NCBI GenBank assembly: GCA_964276515.1
Contig: OZ193909.1
Location: 1,798,001 to 1,862,000, forward strand
Origin: Gordius albopunctatus
Lineage: Eukaryota
Length of the DNA stretch: 64,000 nt
Reading direction: 5' to 3'
The translations under genes were made by a program, and so were the position numbers. Shown here one piece after another: positions 12,300-23,900 of this stretch. How positions within the stretch are numbered: the stretch's first letter is position 1; each line of letters begins with the position of its first letter. The notes beneath the pieces are model-generated. The model saw nothing but the letters and a program-made list of their open reading frames with translations, was not told the DNA's origin and searched no databases.

Positions 12300-15200
12300 T
12301 TAAGAGATATAGATTGCCGTATCTGACAAGCAAAAACTATAAATAAAGGAACTACGAGTTGAGGATTTTACAGAATTGCCTGAACTCAACGGAAGTAAAC
12401 TGAGGTCCATTATCGCTGACTATTTGACGTGGAACACCAAATCGAGCAAACCACCCTTTTAGTTTTTTTTATCAATATTTTAGAATATGTATTCCTAAGG
12501 AGTTCTACTTCAATCCACTTTAAATAAGAGCCATCGGTCCTGCTAGATCTATATGTAATCGTTCCCAAGGCGTGTTCGTTACGTTCCATGAATATAATGG
12601 GACTTCAGGATTATTTATGCGGTTCCTTTGACAATTACCACAATTCGCAATAAATTTATTAATGTCTACCTCCAAACCTGGCCAGTAAACATAATATCTA
12701 CTCATAGATTTCATTGCGTTAATCCCAGGATGTCCTCTATGCAAAATATTTAATACAGATTTACGTAGTGTCTTTGGTATGACTATTCGATCGTTCTATT
12801 GTATGATTGTAACGAAGTGGCCGGCTGGTAGAACCCTAAGCTCCAGTGTACTAGGCTCCCGTATAACACTAACTCCGATTCTAAACCAAGAGACTAAGTC
12901 AAAAGACAGAGACTGTTTTATTAGGTGGATAAGGCTTTATATACACATAGCGAAGGACATATAAAAATAGTAAGCAATTAAGAGATAAAGTACGGTGTAA
13001 ACTAAGGTATATTCAAATGGCTAAGCGCATATTCAATTATCTGTGACCACGCTCAAGTATAGGAAAAACGCGTGTATTCAAATTGCAACCTTGAATGCCG
13101 CTACACTACACTTCTCCCTCCTTTAAGTGGAACCTTGAGGATATCTGACAGTTGGCATCGATACTGTTTTATAGGGAAGTGTGTTGTCTTCTGAAATCGC
13201 TTTGACCAACAATCGCGAGCCAAGTGCTTTGGTTTACCACACCTATAACATACTATTTTCTTGTTGTTCTTAAAGGTGCTAAGATTAAGAACATTTCTTG
13301 AAAAAGTATTATAATTATTAGTCAAATTCCTAGGTGGATATTTTTTATCCAGATGTAATGTCCAAATCGTTAGACTATCAATATCCTTTGGATATATTTG
13401 ACTTCTTAATTTACTCAGGTGGGTCGTGCCTATATAAGCTAGCTACACCAGTTTTCTCAAATCTCCGTCAATTTTTCTAAGACGAAAGATTAATTCCAAT
13501 TGATATAAATAATCATCAATATTTTTATTTGAATCATATGGTGTAATATCTCTAACCCAACCAAGAAAATTTCCGGAATCTGATTCGAATTTTGAATCCA
13601 AACCAAGAGAATTTCCGGAATCTGATTCGAATTTTGAATCCACATCGGGCTTCTTCTTGGTCATTTTGATTAACAAAGGCTAGCGGCACTCATTATGGAG
13701 TATCCCATCCTCGTCGCCAAATGTAAGGAAGTGGCCGGCTGGTAGAACCCTAAGCTCCCGTATACTAGGCTCCCGTATAACACTAACTCCGATTCTAAAC
13801 CAAGAGACTAAGTCAAAAGACAGAGACTGTTTTATTAGGTGGATAAGGCTTTATATACACATAGCGAAGGACATATAAAAATAGTAATCAATTAAGAGAT
13901 AAAGTACGGTGTAAACTAAGGTATATTCAAATGGCTAAGCGCATATTCAATTATCTGTGACCACGCTCAAGTATAGGAAAAACGCGTGTATTCAAATTGC
14001 AACCTTGAATGCCGCTACACTACAATGATGATACCCTTATCCGAACATAATTCACTTTTCCTATTGAAATATACGGTAATACATCTTCGCTGACGGCATT
14101 TTTGTTTACATTCCAACTTTGATCTATAAATATCAATACTTTCTTCAGAGTGCTATCACCAAGAGTTTCCTTCCTGATTGTTTTTTCCGACACTTGTAAG
14201 TCATCTAGCGTAATTGACTTTAGGAAGGCCAAATTTTTTTCGTCTTCCGATACCCCCTCGTTAAATTCCGATTAGGGTAGTCGCGACAAGGCATCTGCAA
14301 CGCAATTTTCTTTCCCTGGTCTATATTCTAAACTATAATCATATGCGGACAACTTCCAAGCCCACCTTATTAATCGATTATTGCTAATTTTGGACACATC
14401 CTTATATCCGCCAAATAGCCGCTCCAGAGGTTTGTGGTCTGTACGCAAGGTAAACTTCCTTCCAAATATATAGGCGTGGAATTTTTCACAACCAAACAAC
14501 AATTCCCACGCTTCTTTTTCAATCGAGGCATAGTTTTTTTCTGATTTTGAAAGAGTCCTTGACGCGTAAGCAATCGGTTTTTCCCACCCGTTGGAAAGTT
14601 GGTCCATTAAAACGGCTCCGAATCCATCATTTGAAGCGTCACAATCAAGGATTAAAGGTAAATCAAATGAATAGGGAATAACCGTGTCTTTCTGAGTTAA
14701 GATTGTCTTAACTTTTTTATATACAGCGTCTTCTATTGGTGTCCAAGTCCACTTACACTTTGAACTCATGAATCGATGTAGCGGAGCGCGTATACTATGA
14801 AGATGGGGAATAAACTTCTCATAGTAATTTATCAGGCCCAAAAAGGACCTTAATTGCTGTACGTTTTGCGGGATCAGTGGCTCTTGTATTGCTCGAATTT
14901 TCTCCGGCATTGGGTGTATGCCAAATCTATCTATACGAAATCCCAAAAACGTCACAGAGTCTTCTAAGAATTTAACTTTCGCCAACTTTGCTTTTAATCC
15001 TGCATTATTCAATCTCGATAGTACCACTGTTAAATTGCGGAAATTCTCCTCATCGTTCTCACCCGTCACTATCACATCATCTAGGTACACTCCCGTCTTT
15101 TTGCAATCCTTCAGCAAGTCGTCCATATATCTCTGGAATAGTATTGGTGCTGAGGCGAGTCCAAACGGCAACCGTTTGTAGCGATAATAGCCCACATGTG

Positions 15201-17030
15201 TATTGATGATTAGAAAATTTTGGGATTGCTCATCCACCCTCATTTGTAGGTATGCATCCTTTAAGTTGATCGTCGTAAACTTTTTTCCCCCGGATATTTT
15301 TGCCACAATATCATCAAATGTGGGTAAGATGTGGTAGTCTTTAAGAAGAAAAGGGTTTAATGTGACCCTAAAATCCCCACAAATACGAATATCACCATTA
15401 TTTTTCCTAACGTATACCGTTGGTGTCGCCCATTCAACCCGACATTTAGAAGGTTCGACCTTTTCGATTATATCCGCCGCCAAGAGTCTATCTAATTCCT
15501 TTTCTATCGGGCCCCGTAATGGAAAGGGCACCCGACGGGCCGGCAGAACCTTCCCACTAGCTGAAGATTCAACGTTTATACGAACTGAACAACCATTTAT
15601 GACTCCCGGTCGATCATCAAAAATTCCGGCAAATTTCTTTATTAGATTATCAATTTTGGTACTCGAGTTTTGATTTAAAATAGTTACTGATTGTTGCACC
15701 TTAGAAATTTTGACACATTTCGGAATGTACAGTCCAAAATTTAATATCCAAGGCAAGCCAAATAAGGGTGTATCAGATGTTTTTGTCACGACGACAGGTA
15801 GTAATTTGCTCTTATTGCCTAGCCCCACTTTAACGCTTGTTTCGCCGATTATATCTAATTTTTGATGGCCATACCCCGTAAAATTATGCGTTGGCCTTAA
15901 TTTAGGTTTTCCTATGTGCTTCCACATTTCCTCATTTATTACCGACACCTGAGCGCCGGTGTCATATTCAAAACGGAATGACACATCATTTAACGTGGCA
16001 GCAATTGTTGCTCTGTTACGGTAATTTTTTTTAATTGAATTGATAGAAGTAGTTTCGCCAACCTCTTCCTCACAATCATCAAAAACTTGGTTGACCCTCT
16101 TATTTTTGCATGCTCGCGAAAAGTGCCCCATCTTATTGCAATTATAACACTTTGCCGTAGCTGCCGCGCAATGATTACGAGTGTGTGACCGACCACAACG
16201 AAAACATTTAGAGGCGGTACGGTTGGAATCGGTCTGGCCTTACTAACACCTGCACCATTACGGTTATCCCTTATTCGATTTATATTCAAGGAATTAACCT
16301 CGTTCTCTGCCGTCTCCCATGCTAAAGCCATATCCAAAATTTTATCAAAAGTTAAGCTTTTACCTGTTTCGTCAAGCATCCTAGGATATTTACTCCGAAT
16401 TTCGACCTCCAACTTCGGGAATCGAATTCCTGCTACGAATTGGTCCCGAAGGCGCTCTTCAACATCATTATTAAACTGTGCCGCTTGTGCCGTTTCCTTC
16501 AATCGTTTCGTAAATCCTAACACCGACTCGCCTTCTGACCTCATAAGGCGAATAAACTCTAATCGTGAAGCCATCGTACTAGATCTAAGTTTAAAAATGG
16601 TCTTACATGTTTCAATGATCTTCTTCCAATCCACGTTTTCGATTTCACGGGGAAATAAGTAATTTTTTACTTGGATCACATTCTTAATTCCAAAATACGC
16701 AAAGAATAATTTTTTGTATATCTCTTTCAATGCATTTCCCGTTGCGCATATTCCTTTGGCTATTAGGATATATTTTATATTCTCAAAATATTCTTCTATC
16801 GGAATATCTAGGGAATATGCTTGCAGTATAATTTTTGAAATATCCACTTCATTTTCCATAGAATTTCCTGTCTTTATTGTATTTTCATCCTCGTCGCCAG
16901 ATATAAGGTTTGGGAAGATTTGCTATTTAATACAACAAATGCGATATATTTTATTATTCAAAACAACATTTACGCGATTCAACTACAGGAAATTACATAA
17001 CAACAAAATTACATTTTTCGTTACATAACA
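12300..17030 (-). mobile_element. Ty3/gypsy (Mag-like) LTR retrotransposon: gag-PR-RT-RNaseH-partial IN, 3' end decayed, interrupted by a nested element
   Basis: gag ORF 15990-16859; tandem Zn knuckles (CFRCG.., CYNCNKMGHFSRAC); DTGA protease; YLDD RT; DAS/TDHKPL/ADALSR RNaseH; IN Zn finger HRGHPG..WPG..CGNC; PBS TGGCGACGAGGATG at 16886-16899; candidate short 5' LTR ~16901-17030 (no partner found). Confidence 0.93.
12808..14024 (-). mobile_element. Non-autonomous mini LTR retroelement (TRIM/gag-only), 1217 bp, nested in the gypsy integrase region
   Basis: 303-bp LTRs 12808-13110 and 13722-14024 (TGT...ACA, ~4 mismatches); 5-bp TSD ATGAT (12803-12807, 14025-14029); PBS 13702-13719; PPT adjacent to 13111; short gag ORF with CYRCGKPKHLARDC. 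Confidence 0.95.
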
Positions 17031-17272
17031 AAATTGTTACAGTACCCTTATGATAATAACGGTAAAAATTATTTGTAACATCGATCCAAATTTGAATTTT
17101 CTCCTTTCAAGTCAACTGGGAAACATACAACTGGACAAAAACCACCTAATCTTACCTAATCTCAACATACTACCAATCAGCCGAATAACAACCACCTAGT
17201 CTCACCTAATCTCACCAAACTAATCAGAAAGCGATTGCGCATACCGTTTATTTTAAATTTTTCATTTGTAAA

Positions 17273-17488
17273 ATGTCTGTTCAATTTGTTTTATCCCAAA
17301 ATAACAAGCCTGTTTTAGTTTATGGAAAATTTCAATACATCAAAGTGAATGGTATGAAAGACCATAGGGTGTATTACAAATGTCGAACTAGTCAATGTTC
17401 AGGTCGAGTGGTGCATTATAAAGGAAATCTTATAATTACAAGAGAGCATGATGGTGTCTTACATAAAAGTAACGTTTATAATTATTAG
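17273..17488 (+). CDS. FLYWCH-type zinc finger ORF (probably a Mutator transposase N-terminal remnant)
   Basis: F..SQ..KPVLVYGKFQY...YYKCRTSQCSGRV...EHDGVLH fits the FLYWCH pattern. Confidence 0.65.
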   Translation: MSVQFVLSQNNKPVLVYGKFQYIKVNGMKDHRVYYKCRTSQCSGRVVHYKGNLIITREHDGVLHKSNVYNY

Positions 17489-17702
17489 CAACTTATATAT
17501 TATATATCTTATCCAAATTATGGGTGAATTGCTGGCCCTCTGCAAACATTGGAAATAAAAAATATTGTTATAGGTCATTATAAGCATATATGTAAGTATT
17601 TAGAAGCCCATGATCTACTTTCTGTATTTATACTCAGATTAGGACTATCACTTATTTGATGAACAATAACAAAGAAAATTATTTGCAAATATGTTTATAT
17701 TG

Positions 17703-18060
17703 ATTTTAGGGTTATAAACTAAGTTATTTTCAAATTTCCCAAATGTGTACAGTAATAAGTATTTAAGTTTAAAGATTTGTAATACATACATACGATAATG
17801 TCATGTTTATATTAATTTTTAGGGTTAGAAACTAATTTCCAAATTTCCCATAATGTGTAGAGTATAAGTAATTTTTAAGATTTGTAATACTTAGCAAAAT
17901 GATATATTTATATAGATTTTTAGGATTAAAAACTAAGTTATTTTCAAATTCCCCAAAATGTGTACATTATAAGTATTTAAGTTTAAGATTTTTAATACAT
18001 AGCAAAATGATATTTTTATAAAGATTTTTAGGGTTAGGAATAAAGTTATTTTCAAATTTA
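17703..18060. repeat. Degenerate ~100-115 bp tandem repeat (about 3.5 units; a further partial unit resumes near 19890)
   Basis: Recurrent TTTTAGGGTTA(G/T)AAACTAAGTTATTTTCAAATT core near 17703, 17817, 17915, 18023 and 19891. Confidence 0.8.
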
Positions 18061-18065
18061 TAATA

Positions 18066-19860
18066 CAGTCGAAATTGTATAAGTGAGATTCGGATAAATG
18101 GTAATATTATTAAATGATAAATAACCGCGATATTTTGAACACATCTTTTAAATTTTGCGCAAAATATATTTATAAGTGAGAATTGTATAAGTGCTAAAAA
18201 TCGCATTACTAGGAAAATTTTAAAGGTATTTTATTATTTTTATACTTGATAATATGTGGTTAAGTGAGAATGAAAAAAAATTTAACTTACTATAAAAAGT
18301 TGAAAATTATAGAAGAAGCCAAACTTAACAGTAAATCAACTTTAGCCAAAAATTACAATGTGGGATTAGGAACAATATACCGTATATGCAAAAATGCTAC
18401 CGATTTGAAAACAACTGCTTCTAATAACATATCTCTCAATAAAAAAAGACAAAGAAAAAGTAATATTGTTTGTATAAATAAAAATTATTAAATTTAGCAC
18501 AATACATAAAGACAGAACAAGCCCTTCTAAAATGGTTCTCAAAAATTAGTTCAAAACAATGTGCAATTAATGGTTCTTTGCTTCTTACAAAGGCAAAATC
18601 TTTTTCAAATCATTTTAATGAGGGTAAATTTTTTAAATTAATATTTTTATCATCAATGATCAATTTTTATTATAATTTTTAATTAGCCTTTTTAAACAAA
18701 TTTATATTTTTTAAATAATAATCTTAGGCATTCCAGATTCTAGTTGGATACAGAGATTCCGTACCAGGAACAATATCAATTGCTACTCTACAAATAATGA
18801 AATGGGTAATGCTGATTTTGTTACAGCTTCATATTGGATTCAAGTAGCTCAGACTCTTTAGTTAGCACCTCATCTTCTCCATCCTATGATGATTCACTTA
18901 ACTATGATGATGATTGTATCAGCTGTTTTGGTGATTATACTGATGCTGATATTATAGAGGAAATAGGTAATTTTACATTTTAATCTATAATTTTTTAGAA
19001 AATTTGGAAAGACAAGATGATTGTACCTATGATGATATAAATGAAGTTGAATTAGTTGAAGATATACCTACCAAAGAAGATGCACAAATGGCATTCTTTA
19101 CTTTAGCCAAATATGCACATCATGTATTGAAAGATCAAAAAAAATTTAGAGAGTTTGAATTCTTTATTGAAAATAAACTCTTTAAATGTGAAAATCATCA
19201 ACAACTTATAACACAATATTTTACCAAATAATTTGTATATTTAAATAAACTTATCACAGTAATTTTTGTCCATTGTTTAGTTTTATTTCAAATGTGAAGA
19301 AACCTAGAAAAATGTTTTTCTTGCTAATTTTAGTAATAATAAAAGATATGCAAATATAAGACAAGTACAAAACAAAGATTTATTTATAATATTTTCATGA
19401 TATAAATTCATTTAAGATTTCATAAGTTTATTATAAAATTTAACAAACATACTATTAAAATAGTAAATTTTAGAATATATATCCTCTGATTGGATATTAC
19501 TATAGAATGTATAAATAAGACAAATATAAATTAAATATTTATCTAGATTCTTTCATATATTAGAAAATTTCTAAATGTTAAATGTATGCAACAAATGTCA
19601 GCTGATTCTGTTTAGCATAAAAAGTGCATAAAGTTAAGTATGCTTAAAATTTTAACTTTATCTAAATAATTTATGTATATATATTATATGTTACGGATAT
19701 TAATTTTTGGAATCTATAGCTTTATAAATATAGCATGAGTGCAAAACTCTTCATAAATTAAATAAATAATTAAATTAATCGTATAAGTGCTAAAAATCGC
19801 TTAAATGAGAATTTTTTTTAAATTAAGGCCCAGCAATTCTCACTTAAGCGATTTTGACTG
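18066..19860 (+). mobile_element. pogo/Tigger-like element, internally deleted (no DDE domain), with spliceosomal introns
   Basis: TA TSD; TIRs CAGTCGAAATTGTATAAGTGAGA / CAGTCAAAATCGCTTAAGTGAGA; psq-HTH (KLKIIE..LAKNYNVGLGTIYRI), CENP-B HTH (EQALLKWF..INGSLLLTKA..SWIQRFR), acidic tail with PIP box QQLITQYF. Confidence 0.85.
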
Positions 19861-20905
19861 TATTTACCTAAATGTTACTGTCATGTTTAAGATTTTTAGG
19901 GTTAGAAACTGTTATTTTCTATATTATAAAAGGATCAGCACAGTCTGCAGCAACATCTGATTTTTTTGAAGGGTGTAACTATTTCTAACCCCCACATAAT
20001 TTATAATTATAAATTTTTTAAGTGTGTTTCTAAAAAAAGTTGTGATTAATAAAATATGTAGGCGGTTTTACTCAACTTATTTAGAATGTATGTTGCATAC
20101 AAAGTGGATACAATGTTAAATTTAATTAGGGAATAAAATTAGTTTACGGCTATAATTATATTACTTCAAATTTTAAGTTGACTTTATAAGCTAGCATATT
20201 ATACAATTTACATTGATATACAATAATCTATTATATTCTTATATCTTAGACTGATATACATTGTGCCATTCTTACCTTACAAAGAAAACTACAATATTAT
20301 CCATTTATACTCCAATATAAAATAATCTATCACATTGATGCATTATCTTTAAGTAACTTAATTTTGTGCTATTTATAGCTTTTTATATTTATATTTATTA
20401 TAAAAGTTATAAAATTATGCAAATTTAACTTTAGAATCGTATTCGTATTTGCTAAAGTGATCTAATGCTAAAGTAATCTAAAATTTGCAAAGAATGCTTA
20501 TAACTAATTAATTTTATATTTAATCATGTTAAAAACGAATTAAAAGGTTGCAAAAACATATATTAAGCATAAAAATATATGAATATTAGCTTTTTTATTG
20601 CTGCATATATTTTTTCTTTCATATTAAGCATATAATATATGAAGTTCAAATTTTTTATTATTTTCTTTCATAGGTTAGATTAAATGCTTTATAATAAGTT
20701 AATATTCATTTACAATACTTTATAGATTTAGGGTTAGAGATATGTTTAAATTACAATTTTTGTGCATTAGATTACTTGAGCATTAGACCGGTTGAGTATA
20801 AATCATCGTATGTTCATATGTTTTAAAAGCATTAATAACGACATCCATCCCTCGTTTTTGTTCAGTTGTATGTTTCCCAGTTGACTCCGATTTGAATTTT
20901 CTCAT

Positions 20906-23900
20906 ATGGAATCTTTTGAATTTAATCTTAATTTGGAATCATCCACTGATAGCAAAATATTAGATCCTTGGTGCTCGAAATGTTCGCATCTAAATGCAAA
21001 TCACAGAAATATAGATTTATTAAAAAAGGATCAAAATGTATCATGCCATAATTTATCTTTTGCCTATAATAATTCGTTAAATTCTTCTACATTTAAGATT
21101 GATATAAAGAAAGATAATAGAGAAATTAAGTTTTTGTTTAACAAGGCTTCAGAAATAACAAACACATATAATGGTATACTAAATGTAACTAATCACATCA
21201 CCACAAGTTCAAATATATATAATAGAATGCCAGCTTTATCAGGTATTGTTAATTATGGCAATTACTTAATTATTTAGAAGCATACACAAATAATTTCATT
21301 GAATCCAAGGCAAATGTCCCCAACAAAGGCCTTGATCAAAAGTATCTAGATATCCAATCTTATTAATATTTGTATTTGCCAAAATAATTTGTCAATAATT
21401 TTATTATTGTTTTTTCAATTTTTTAAGCATGTATCTAGATATCCAATCTTATTAATATTTGTATTTGCCAAAATAATTTGTCAATAATTTTATTATTGTT
21501 TTTTCAATTTTTTAAGCATATTTTCTAATGCGTTTGCAGAAAAATATTTTGTTTTCTATGTATGTTATTTTCTATATTTCTAATATTTTTATTAAATATT
21601 TATTATATAATATTTCTATTCTTATAAGATAGTAGTATAAATTTATTTATCCATAAGCATTATATTTTATTATAAAACAAAATTGCTTAATATATATGTG
21701 CTAGATATTTTAAAATAATTAGCCAGGGTCATTTTTATCAAGGCAAAAGAATGTTATTGAGTTTCTAAAATCAATAAATACTCCATGATTAATTTTAAAA
21801 AACCATAAGGTTAGTGGGGAAAGAGGAACATTAAAATATTTTTAAATGTAAATATCATATGTGTATTGTATAATTCAATAGACAATTCAAAATAAAGTTA
21901 ATTTATGTTTTTTTTTATTTTAATAAAATTGCAAAAATATTATTTTTATGTGATTAATATATTTTTCGAAACACTCTATTTACCTGTTGTTATCGATTTT
22001 CGATTCAATTCCTCTATTTTTACCTTTGTCACCATTATCCTCTAGGTGTGTCACCAAAAAAATCTCAATGGGGTGCAAAATTAGGTTCGTTTTTACCCCA
22101 ATCTTGGCTTGGCTTGGCTTTATATAGAGCTAACGAACGTTTTTTCCCCAAATTAATTGCACGAATTACGAGTTGTGTTTTACAAATAGGTCAGGGAAAA
22201 AAATTAATAAGCCTTTTATCGATAATTGTTTGACACAATATCTCATCTCTAACTAAAGCGATTTCTTACGCGAGGTTGTGGTAAAATATTGGAAGCATTT
22301 TTCAAGCCTAACGGGACACTTAAATATACTTATGGGTGTAGCAAAGGGGGCAGGGGCATCAAGGGGCGGTTGCCACCCTCCAAATCCAAAAATTTCTTAA
22401 AACTATGGCTAAAAACGATCATTGTTGCCCCCCCCATCTAATTCCGATGCTGGGTACGGCCACGAATGCACTAATTTCATTTATTATTTTTAAAAAATAT
22501 ATATTTTGTGAAGTTGAAATAAATAAATAAAAGTTGTTAATTGGAAAATATTCCGATATAGCTATTGAATTATATTTACAGATAGTGATGCCGATGTTCT
22601 GTCTTATAAAACACGAACTTCGCAATTATCATTGACTAGTATAAAGAAATTTGTTTCCCTATTTTTTAAAATAATTTGTAAAGCTCGGGGGCCAAAGGTT
22701 GTGAGGGTGATTGTCGCAACGGGACAAAACATTATAGAGGTGTTAAGTTAGTTCGATTATTTTAAAATTTTCATTTGAAATGCTTTTTATATTATCGTTA
22801 GAGTCATGGGCTTAGTCAGGATTGGAACTAGAGGGGGCAATCATGATCTAAGGAGGGGCAAAATGACAATTTTTTCAAATTTTGCCCATAAATATATGCA
22901 ATTTTTAAGTATTTATGGATTTAGAGGGGGGCAGCCGCCCCTTTCTGCCTCCCCCCGATGGCAAGAGTTGATTTGCTTTAACAAATCCTAGCGGTCAAGT
23001 GCCACAGATTTTATGGATTCATTTGAATAGTTTTATTTTTTTTAAAAGTAATCATTTAATGTTTATCTTAGAATGGAGCGAGAAACGGAAGGTGCGACAA
23101 TGCTCGATATTGCCAGCTCATGTACTGAATGTAAGCTTGAATTAAAATTTTTGTTATTTTTATCGGTTATTTTTATTCATATAACACAAATTTTTTTGCT
23201 TTAATTTAAATGATTTCCACGTGTCTAGCGGTCATGTTTATTTAATAGGTAATTTTGTGGCTACTTTGGCTGTTTAAACACAAATATCTTAAATATAAAT
23301 AATAGTTCTTGAATGATGTGTCTGTACGATTTAGCCGCTCGGAATGGTGTTTGCACTAAAGGACGTAAAGCAAAAACCTTGTATACACACACACACACAC
23401 ACACACATATATATTTAACAAATAAATGATTAAAATATCGGAAATAATCATTTTGCCCCTCCTAAATTATTAAACAGGGGGCTGCAATTAGAGTCCTGTA
23501 CGGGTGACCGGAAACGTTGAAAATTTTAAAATTCTTTCCGATCGGGTTAGCGCTAAAAATTTTAAAATGTTTTCAAATTGGTTTTGGGTTAGAGTTGGGG
23601 AAAAGTGAATTTGCCGTTTTCTAGCCGCGAGACTGTAAACCACCATAAATTGTAATCCATAATAAATACATCCTACCAACACTTTTGGACCTCTGCTTTT
23701 TTAAATTTGTTAGTTTTAAGAAGTCCAAATGAACCTTGTTTACTAGATTTAAATAAAGCCTATTTAAATGCAGCAAAAATATTTCAAGTTAAAATTATGA
23801 ATAAAACGAATGAATCAGCCTAATTATTCCGATAGACCATGGCGTGCTCGAAAAAAATAAAATAGTTAACGTTATGTTAAGAAATTGTATAAATTGCTAT

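Larger units (their letters stand above)
17110..20886. mobile_element. TIR DNA element (MULE-like) carrying a FLYWCH ORF, tandem repeats and a nested pogo element
   Basis: 33-bp inverted repeats AGTCAACTGGGAAACATACAACTG(G/A)ACAAAAAC at 17110-17142 and 20854-20886; flanking 14-bp direct repeat ATTTGAATTTTCTC (slightly offset). Confidence 0.7.

Noticed and set aside
13722..14024. Retrozyme-type hammerhead in the 303-bp LTR
   Set aside because: No CUGANGA/GAAA core found on either strand; ordinary TATA and AATAAA present
14918..15673. Plus-strand ORFs opposite pol (and similar ORFs opposite the RTEs)
   Set aside because: Antisense shadow ORFs with no recognisable motifs
15990..16260. Programmed gag-pol frameshift
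   Set aside because: The shift falls before the Zn knuckles and no clear slippery site was seen; more likely a disabling indel in a normally single-ORF element
17703..18060. Telomeric TTAGGG repeats
   Set aside because: Single TTAGGG per ~110-bp unit, not a telomeric array
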